The translations under genes were made by a program, and so were the position numbers. A DNA stretch of 63,552 bases, counting the filler, from Chlamydiia bacterium (GTDB taxonomy: Bacteria > Chlamydiota > Chlamydiia > Chlamydiales > FEN-1388), in assembly GCA_903848235.1 (NCBI GenBank). It is 8 parts of 8 records of this genome, joined end to end, with 100 filler letters (N's around TTAATTAATTAA, not from the genome) between each part and the next. Parts side by side here need not be neighbours in the genome. Positions count along the whole stretch, not along the records: positions 1 to 5,407 come from CAINFV010000129.1; positions 5,508 to 12,224 come from CAINFV010000130.1; 6 more parts are not named here. One strand, 5' to 3'. The notes under the pieces are model-generated. The model saw only the letters and a program-made list of their open reading frames with translations. It had not been told where the DNA came from and did no database searches. Numbering within the stretch: the first letter of the stretch is position 1; each line of letters opens with the position of its first letter. Shown piece after piece: positions 1 to 6,402 of this stretch.

Positions 1-193
1 AAAATACAGGGAGGGCGGTCAGGATGGAATATGGCTATCCTTGACGCTTACCATTTTGTGGTCCACTTTTGGTCCAGTACATCGCACGATCCCGCATGAT
101 TTCCGGTAATTTCTGATGATTTTATTTTTGGAAGATGCGTATCTTTCTCTCTGTATTGTCAGGCAGTAGTACGTGATGTTCTGAAGGGGCTTC

Positions 194-248
194 GAACTTA
201 AAATTCCCTGGGGCAACCTAAGTGCCGGTTCGAGTCCGGCCCCGAGCA
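194..248 (+). repeat. tRNA-Leu 3'-half copy 1 (att-like site)
   Basis: GAACTTAAAATTCCCTGGGGCAACCTAAGTGCCGGTTCGAGTCCGGCCCCGAGCA: TAA anticodon loop, variable arm, T-arm and 3' acceptor strand; no matching 5' half upstream. Confidence 0.8.
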
Positions 249-319
249 TTTTGAGAATCAGTAGCTTCTGTAATGTGCGCATCATCTCTTATTTACACAA
301 TTAATAGTCAGGCCTTGCA

Positions 320-931
320 ATGGACATTCATCCCGCAACGATTCGAACCAAACGCCTTATTCTTCGTCCTTGGCAAGAAGATGACTTAAAACCATTTGCA
401 ACTCTCAATGCTGATCCTCGCGTGAGAGAATTTTTCACATCCACAATGAGCCAAGAAGAGAGTAACTGTGCAGCTCATTTAATGATGAAGTTTATGCAGG
501 AACGTGGTTGGGGTTTTTGGGCTGTCGAGTTACCCAACATGGCCAAATTCATTGGTATGATCGGCTTGAATATAGTAGATATTCCCGTCCTCTTTACTTC
601 TTCTATCGAAATTGGTTGGCGACTGGCCGTCGATCATTGGGGTCGTGGTTATGCTACAGAGGGTGCCCTAGCATCACTTCAGTATGGCTTTCAAACACTC
701 AAGTTGAAGGAAATCGTTGCTTACACTGCTCTTATCAATCAACGATCGCAACGAGTCATGGAGAAGATTGGGATGCACCGCTCACCTGCAGATGATTTCG
801 ATTTTCCGAACGTATCTGCCGACTGTAAGGTCAGACAACAGGTCCTATATCGCATCAAGCATGATGAATGGGAACAGTTTTCATTAAGCAGCGATCAGAA
901 GCGTGGGATCAACGTGCAGTACCTTGGCTAA
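320..931 (+). CDS. GNAT N-acetyltransferase (RimJ/RimL-like)
   Basis: TKRLILRPW start, EIGWRLAVDHWGRGYATEGA acetyl-CoA motif, N.RSQRVMEKIGM. Confidence 0.9.
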   Translation: MDIHPATIRTKRLILRPWQEDDLKPFATLNADPRVREFFTSTMSQEESNCAAHLMMKFMQERGWGFWAVELPNMAKFIGMIGLNIVDIPVLFTSSIEIGWRLAVDHWGRGYATEGALASLQYGFQTLKLKEIVAYTALINQRSQRVMEKIGMHRSPADDFDFPNVSADCKVRQQVLYRIKHDEWEQFSLSSDQKRGINVQYLG

Positions 932-1273
932 CTTTTTGGCCACCTTGTCGCCTACAGGCCTGTGTCCGTTTTCCATTCGAGAGATGTTTTCTTGGCTGAC
1001 GCCGGAGCGCCTTGATAGTTCCTTCTGAGACATGCCCTCACGATAGCGGGCTCCACGCAAAGCCAGGCCAGAGGCCTTATATTTGGCCAAGCGATCTTTG
1101 GCAAGTTCTTCCCAGGCCACTGATTCGGATTTACCGTGTTTTTCCAAAAAAGCCTGGAGCTTAGGAAAATCATCTGCTGAAATAGATGAGGAGACCATTT
1201 TTTTATTCGGCATCTCAATGACAACCTTGTACACACAGTCCTTAGTAGGGCGCGCCTTCATGCGTACCGACAT
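884..1273 (-). CDS. XRE/HTH antitoxin (HigA-like)
   Basis: C-terminal HTH LRGARYREGMSQKELSRRSGVSQENISRMENG; directly downstream of a RelE-like toxin; start uncertain (1273 or 1285). Confidence 0.8.
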   Translation of the reverse strand: MSVRMKARPTKDCVYKVVIEMPNKKMVSSSISADDFPKLQAFLEKHGKSESVAWEELAKDRLAKYKASGLALRGARYREGMSQKELSRRSGVSQENISRMENGHRPVGDKVAKKLAKVLHVDPTLLIAA

Positions 1274-1541
1274 AAAACACCTCAATTTCTTTATTTATCT
1301 CGCTCACAACTCTCCAACAGGCTACATAGGTAGGTCGTCCCTTGCGAAGGTGACAATGGAAGACGTTTTCTTCTAGCGGCCCATAGTTCGGCCATTCCAT
1401 AACACAGGGACCCTTTCGTTGCATGTCCATGACCAGCAAGTCAATGGCGTCGATCACGGATGGCTTTCTCGAACCGCTTCGTTTTAGCTTCACATACTGC
1501 TTACCGGCCGATCGAGAAAAAATCACTGTCCAGAGTGGCAT
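1242..1541 (-). CDS. RelE/HigB-like type II toxin
   Basis: ~99 aa; WPNYGPL..FHCHLRKGRPTYVACWRV..IEVFYVGTHEGAPY; start taken at MPLWTV (1541), downstream of the predicted promoter. Confidence 0.75.
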   Translation of the reverse strand: MPLWTVIFSRSAGKQYVKLKRSGSRKPSVIDAIDLLVMDMQRKGPCVMEWPNYGPLEENVFHCHLRKGRPTYVACWRVVSEINKEIEVFYVGTHEGAPY

Positions 1542-1566
1542 GGTCGTTCCTGATGGATATAACTTT

Positions 1567-1596
1567 ATGATACCCTGGTTTTTTGACATATGTCAA
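1567..1596 (-). promoter_or_regulatory. sigma70-type promoter with palindromic operator for the first TA operon
   Basis: Minus strand TTGACA-18 nt-TATCAT; perfect 14-bp palindrome TTGACATATGTCAA (1583-1596) covers the -35. Confidence 0.6.
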
Positions 1597-1744
1597 TCGC
1601 ATTTGAATTTTCCGCAAATTTTACGCACTCGGGTGGAAAAAAATGGCAAAAAATAGCGCACACCAACACAACAGCTCTTGTTGTAAGTCACATAAATCAT
1701 TGCGCTTGTGGCTTCTGGTGTGTGCTAGTTGGTACATGTCTACC

Positions 1745-1798
1745 GACTTATAATCCACAGGGGAAACTTAAGTGCCGGTTCGAGTCCGGCCCCGAGCA
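1745..1798 (+). repeat. tRNA-Leu 3'-half copy 2 (attP-like junction)
   Basis: TAAGTGCCGGTTCGAGTCCGGCCCCGAGCA identical to copy 1; flanked by inverted arm-like motifs TTTTCCGCA (1608) and TGCGGAAAA (1881). Confidence 0.8.
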
Positions 1799-1890
1799 TC
1801 CTGATACTGAGTGGGTTATGTAAGTAATTCACCACCTCCTATCCATTAAATCAACGCAGCTTAAGTCAATTCTGGGTCAGTGCGGAAAAT

Positions 1891-1988
1891 GGAAATGTGA
1901 CATATCGAGTTTGCATTCGCCAAAAAAAGGTGTGCCCGCATTGTCCGCACCATTTCCTGTCAGACGACAGGCGGCATAGGCGCAACGA
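1891..1988 (+). pseudogene. tyrosine integrase N-terminal remnant
   Basis: Hand translation GNVTYRVCIRQK/GVPALSAPFPVRRQAA*AQR (frameshift in A-run, stop); resembles the remnant at 3674 and the N-terminus of the intact integrase at 28104-29189. Confidence 0.6.
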
Positions 1989-2145
1989 CCTCGATCAGGG
2001 GTGGGGCACAGAAAACTTGAAGAATTCTTTACGCTTTTCTTACACCATGTGAACGGGTACATAATTTGAGTTCAATTGCACGATCATGACAAGTTTTACA
2101 GCAAAAAAACTTGACTAAGGGGATATGATCTGTGAGAAATGAGGT

Positions 2146-2415
2146 ATGGGACAGATGCATACGAAGAGAACATCAAAGGAAAGAGGTGTCGCAGATATCG
2201 TTCGTAGCCGGATTGTAGCTGGCGGTGAACGATTTTGGTGATTTAGTGATTTCGAAGGATTGTCCTTTACGGCAGTGGCTCAAGCTTTATCTCGTTTAGC
2301 GAAGGAAGGGGTAATACAGAGAGTTGGCAAAGGATTATACTACCGATCAAAGCAGACACTCTTTGGTCCAAATCAGCTCAACACAAGCCAGTTACGCTCT
2401 CTTCCCATTCACTAG
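2146..2415 (+). pseudogene. DUF6088/AbiEi-like antitoxin pseudogene
   Basis: Hand translation ...GGERFW*FSDFEGLSFTAVAQALSRLAKEGVIQRVGKGLYYRSKQTLFG...; in-frame TGA at 2239-2241; truncated; absent from the ORF track. Confidence 0.65.
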
Positions 2416-2637
2416 GAGTTTGGGCAAATGTCCGCCTAGTCGGTTAGGCTTCAAGCTTGGTTTTGGAGGGCATCTTGTCCAAACGTCAGTTGCAAACCCT
2501 GCTAAACACACCGGTCGGCTTTTAGATTTTCTTGCCTCTTTGCGCTTTTCCAAGCCAATTAGAGAGTGAAATAGCTGTGTTGGAAACAATCGATCTGCTT
2601 CTCATCGCTATCTGCAACCACCGGCGCTCGCATCGCA

Positions 2638-2667
2638 TTGACTTTTGTACCTAAATAATGGTACGCT
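2638..2667 (+). promoter_or_regulatory. promoter and operator of the second TA operon
   Basis: TTGACT-18 nt-TACGCT with extended TG; inverted repeat GTACC-N8-GGTAC at 2647-2664. Confidence 0.5.
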
Positions 2668-2697
2668 TCAAATATAAAAGAACGGGACGTGCATCGC

Positions 2698-3087
2698 ATG
2701 ACTCAATATGTCGCTTATGAAGGTGAAGAATTTACCGTTGAGTGGTATATCGACGAGAGTGGTCGTAGTCGGGCACTTGAGTATTTTTTGGACCAGCCCC
2801 AAGATAAGCGACGCAAACTCCTCAATCTTTTTCGGCTCATTGGAGATTTCGGAAAGATTCATGATAAGACGAAATTTAGAAGTGAGGAAGATGGCGTTTA
2901 TGCCTTTAAACCGCAGCCGGATCGTTATCTCTGCATTTTCTTCAAAGGCAAGAAAATCATTGTTACGAATGCCTTTGTGAAAAAGGCCCCAAAGCTTCCG
3001 CAAGCGGAAAAAGAGCGAGCATTAAAGGCTTTCCAAAGCTATGAAAGGAGAGTTAAGGAGGGATCATACTATGAAGAAGAAAGCTAA
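2698..3087 (+). CDS. RelE/ParE (Gp49-like) type II toxin
   Basis: EFTVEWY..KFRSEEDGVYAFKPQPDRYLCIFFKGKKIIVTNAFVKK..KLP..EKERA. Confidence 0.8.
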   Translation: MTQYVAYEGEEFTVEWYIDESGRSRALEYFLDQPQDKRRKLLNLFRLIGDFGKIHDKTKFRSEEDGVYAFKPQPDRYLCIFFKGKKIIVTNAFVKKAPKLPQAEKERALKAFQSYERRVKEGSYYEEES

Positions 3088-3379
3088 ATCCACATACGCG
3101 GAGTTTATCGAAGATCCCAAGCAAAAAGCTCTCCTCGACAAAGAATATAAAGAGCTTCTCATGTCTGAACTACTCAGTGCGGCCATGAAGGAAGACCATA
3201 TTTCCGTGAGAAAATTGGCTCAAGCTGCGGGTGTATCCCCAAGTATTATTCAAGGCCTGCGTTCGGGAAATAAAACAAATATTACTGTCGACACATTATC
3301 GCGAATTCTGGATGCAATCGGTTATCAAATTATTTTTATTCCAAAGGCTGGCCACGGAAGACATCTCAAGATTGTATGA
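3071..3379 (+). CDS. XRE/HTH antitoxin
   Basis: ISVRKLAQAAGVSPSIIQGLRSGNKTNITVDTLSRIL; overlaps the toxin 3' end. Confidence 0.8.
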   Translation: MKKKAKSTYAEFIEDPKQKALLDKEYKELLMSELLSAAMKEDHISVRKLAQAAGVSPSIIQGLRSGNKTNITVDTLSRILDAIGYQIIFIPKAGHGRHLKIV

Positions 3380-3538
3380 TGATCAAATGATCCACAGGTG
3401 TGTTTGTTGAATATCCATAAGAGGTCTGTCCGTCTACGAGAAGATTCAATGTGTTTGAAGAAGCGTGGTTCTATGGCAGGGCTAACACATGAAAATTTTT
3501 CTTTCCAATGTCCTTGGGGTCAAGGGAAGTGTTTCCTC

Positions 3539-3565
3539 GTGCCGGTTCGAGTCCGGCCTCGAGCA
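3539..3565 (+). repeat. tRNA-Leu 3'-end copy 3 (att-like site)
   Basis: GTGCCGGTTCGAGTCCGGCCTCGAGCA (one mismatch to copies 1 and 2); the following ~90 bp resemble the sequence after copy 2. Confidence 0.75.
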
Positions 3566-3673
3566 TTTTGATACTGAGTGACGTATGTAGCATGTCTGTC
3601 ACCTCCTATCCATTGAATCAACGCAACTTTAGCCAATTGTGGGTCAGTGCGAAAAAAATGGGAGGTGTTTGGC

Positions 3674-3966
3674 ACGGCGTACATAGAGAAAAGAAAGCAA
3701 TCAAGCGGAAATGTAACGTACAGAGTGCATTCGTCAAAAGGCGCTTCTGCAGTGTCTTCTTCGTTCCAAACCATCTTGTTCGCCTTCAGCACCGGAGCAA
3801 TGCTTGAAAAAGTGCTGTGAAGATATCTGGGTTCAAGAACGTGAGCTTTCACTTCCTTCGTCACACAGCCACTTCACACTTGTGTATGGGTGGGCTTTCT
3901 ACTCTTGAGATTGCTGCTGTGCTAGGCCACAAGACGTTGGCTATGGTAAAACGGTATAGTCATTGA
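3674..3966 (+). pseudogene. internally deleted tyrosine integrase
   Basis: GGAGG RBS at 3661 and ACG in place of the start; AYIEKRKQSSGNVTYRVH.. joined to NA*KSAVKISGFKNVSFHFLRHTATSHLCMGGLSTLEIAAVLGHKTLAMVKRYSH* (HxLRH, LGH and catalytic Y motifs). Confidence 0.85.
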
Positions 3967-4069
3967 TATGCACAAGAAGGACGAAAAATGTGTGCACAAG
4001 AATAGAACGTGCACAAGAAAACACGATTTCTTGTGTATGACGTGTCTAATGTGCACAGTATTTGGGTGC

Positions 4070-5176
4070 TCAAGTGTTTTCTTTCTCAACATCCGGAATC
4101 CGGCCTGCGTTACCCAAAAGATCAAATAAGGGAGTATTTAGATAGAAGCTTTCTTTACCAAATTTGTGTTTGGTTAGAAGTCCAATTCTGACCAACTCTT
4201 CGAGATATTTTATGGCGGTATTTCGATGTATTTGCAGATCCTGAACTACAAAGTCAATTTTCGTATATGGATGTCGAAAGAGATTGTTTAACAAATCTTG
4301 GCTGTAAATTTTAGGCAATTCGCTACGAAGCCTGTTCTTATAATGCTGCATTAACTCTCTCATGCTCTGTATCAGGCGCACAGTCTGGTGAGAAGTTTTC
4401 TCAATCCCATCGAGAATATAGAGCACCCATTGTTCCCAGGCACCTTGATCACGAACTGCTTGTAAATGACGATAATATTCATTTTTGTTCTGATTGATAT
4501 AACGAGAAAGGTACAGTATGGGTGTATCCAAAAGTCCGTGTTGCACTAAGTAGAGGATATTGATGATCCGTCCAGTTCTTCCATTTCCATCATAAAAGGG
4601 GTGGATACTCTCAAACTGGTGATGAATTATTGCCATTTTTGTAAGAGGGTCACTATCGTTAAGAGAGTCGTCATTGATATATTGTTCAAGATTATTCATT
4701 AATGTTCGGATTTCATTTTCGTCCTGGGGAGGGCTGTAAACAACCGCGCCTGTCTGATCGTTCTTGAGCACGGTTCCCGGAAGTTTACGAAAACCGGCAC
4801 GACTTCCCTCTAGAGTCTGCTGGATTTCCAAGATGTGGCTCGTTACAAGCAAACCGTTTTTCTTTACCCTTTCATAACCATTTCGCAGGGCTGATGCATA
4901 GCTATACACTTCTTTAGCGGCATATGTGGCAAATTGCTTTGCAGACACATCACTTTTATATAGTTCGTCGTGAGTGGTAATGATGTTTTCGATAGCAGAG
5001 CTGTCCTTGGCCTCTTGCAGAGAAAGTGTGTTAATGAGAATGTCTTGGTTTGGAATAAGGCGGGCCACTCCTTTCAATTCAGCCAGTGCTTGGTGGGCCT
5101 TAGTGAGTTTTTTTAGTATGGGTATAGTTTCAGGGTCTATAGAAAGTGGCAATTGAGGAATTTTGTAGCTCATCAT
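4070..5176 (-). CDS. Fic family protein (adenylyltransferase-type, with N-terminal inhibitory motif)
   Basis: HPFYDGNGRTGR Fic motif; SSAIEN inhibitory helix; C-terminal HTH-like region. Confidence 0.92.
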   Translation of the reverse strand: MMSYKIPQLPLSIDPETIPILKKLTKAHQALAELKGVARLIPNQDILINTLSLQEAKDSSAIENIITTHDELYKSDVSAKQFATYAAKEVYSYASALRNGYERVKKNGLLVTSHILEIQQTLEGSRAGFRKLPGTVLKNDQTGAVVYSPPQDENEIRTLMNNLEQYINDDSLNDSDPLTKMAIIHHQFESIHPFYDGNGRTGRIINILYLVQHGLLDTPILYLSRYINQNKNEYYRHLQAVRDQGAWEQWVLYILDGIEKTSHQTVRLIQSMRELMQHYKNRLRSELPKIYSQDLLNNLFRHPYTKIDFVVQDLQIHRNTAIKYLEELVRIGLLTKHKFGKESFYLNTPLFDLLGNAGRIPDVEKENT

Positions 5177-5206
5177 TTCGCCCCTTTTAAGATGTACAAT
5201 CCTCAG

Positions 5207-5407
5207 CTGGACTTTAGCATTTTTTGGGCCCGATTTCGCATTCGTTCTCTCTTTAGACTTCTTGCATTTAAACTGGACTTTAGCATTTTTTGAGACCGAT
5301 TTCGCATTCGTTGTCTCTCATACTTCTTGCATTTATCATAGATGGCCTGCCTAGGCCGATCTATGATAAATGCAATTGTCTGAAAGACAACGCTCTGCGA
5401 ACTCGGT
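5207..5407. repeat. palindromic repeat element with tandem-duplicated left arm (cut by contig end)
   Basis: ~66-bp unit CTGGACTTTAGCATTTTTT..CCGATTTCGCATTCGTT at 5207 and 5273; hairpin TTGCATTTATCATAGAT..ATCTATGATAAATGCAA; related copy at 62626-62703. Confidence 0.75.
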
Positions 5408-5507
5408 NNNNNNNNNNNNNNNNNNNNNNNNNNNNNNNNNNNNNNNNNNNNTTAATTAATTAANNNNNNNNNNNNNNNNNNNNNNNNNNNNNNNNNNNNN
5501 NNNNNNN
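5408..5507. other. artificial contig linker (also 12225-12324, 17368-17467, 21832-21931, 49105-49204, 51901-52000, 56924-57023)
   Basis: Identical 100-nt N runs with a central TTAATTAATTAA (stops in all six frames). Confidence 0.98.
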
Positions 5508-5508
5508 G

Positions 5509-6390
5509 GAAGGTGTTGACCTTCCATCTGTCCTCAAATGCCGTCTACAGACTCTTGCCGCAAGCGGTAAGGTCGCTCACCTGTGGGTGTTTGTCGCTCC
5601 TGTTGCTGATGTAGCGACAGCTATTGCACGCGCATTTCTGTTAGATTGGCTAAAAGCATCGCCACAGGCATCTTGCCATCCTGATCTGCTGGAGCTGAAG
5701 ACCAGTGGAAAGGTAGGGCTTCATTCCATTGCCAGTATTCGTCATATGCTCGGTCAGCTCGCTCTTGCTCCCCATGGGTCGACAGGGCGTGCGGTGCTCA
5801 TTGACGCTGCGGATCGCATGCTCCCTCCCACTGCTAATGCTCTCTTAAAGGCTCTCGAAGAGCCGCCTCCATCTACGGTGATCATTCTCACCTCGTCATC
5901 GCCTCATCTGATTCTGCCAACCATTCTCTCAAGGGCGCAGACCATACATTTCCCCGGCGCCTTCAGCGCTGAGTCTGAAGAGATCTCTACGCTTATAGAA
6001 CTTCTGTGCAGGGGCACTCCTGTTGCTTATTCGACACTGATGAAAGCATGTGAGACAATTCAGAAGGGTTTTGAAAACGAACAGTCGCTGCTGGCAAAGC
6101 AGCTGAATGAAAAGAGGCCAGAGGAGACAGGGGAGCTCTCTGCAGCTGCAAAACAAGAAATGGCATCTGAAGCAGAGGCTGGGCTTTCTCTTTGGTGTCA
6201 AAACAGGTCGAAGAAGATTCTTGAAGACCTCTACCTTGCCTTTCGCAATCGCCTCGTTCACGATGAAGGCTTATGCAGAGCGGACCCTGCCAAATGTACG
6301 CAACTGCTGTTGCAAGCTATGAATGGCGTTGACCGGGGGGCAGACCTCTCGACGATGCTCATGTGGTTTATATCACAGATAGCGGCTTGA
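5509..6390 (+). CDS. holB: DNA polymerase III delta'-like subunit (5' truncated at contig edge)
   Basis: HPDLLEL, IDAADRM..TANALLKALEEPP, ILPTILSRAQ; frame is open back to the contig start. Confidence 0.75.
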   Translation, partial: EGVDLPSVLKCRLQTLAASGKVAHLWVFVAPVADVATAIARAFLLDWLKASPQASCHPDLLELKTSGKVGLHSIASIRHMLGQLALAPHGSTGRAVLIDAADRMLPPTANALLKALEEPPPSTVIILTSSSPHLILPTILSRAQTIHFPGAFSAESEEISTLIELLCRGTPVAYSTLMKACETIQKGFENEQSLLAKQLNEKRPEETGELSAAAKQEMASEAEAGLSLWCQNRSKKILEDLYLAFRNRLVHDEGLCRADPAKCTQLLLQAMNGVDRGADLSTMLMWFISQIAA

Positions 6391-6402
6391 AACAGCTATC
6401 CA

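Noticed and set aside
194..3565. Three functional tRNA-Leu genes, or a CRISPR array
   Set aside because: Only 3' halves are present with no acceptor 5' strand or D-arm; spacing is 1.5-1.8 kb with genes in between and no cas genes are visible.
3508..3864. ORFs 3508-3807 (+) and 3520-3864 (-)
   Set aside because: They overlap the att repeat and the integrase remnant; no protein features of their own.
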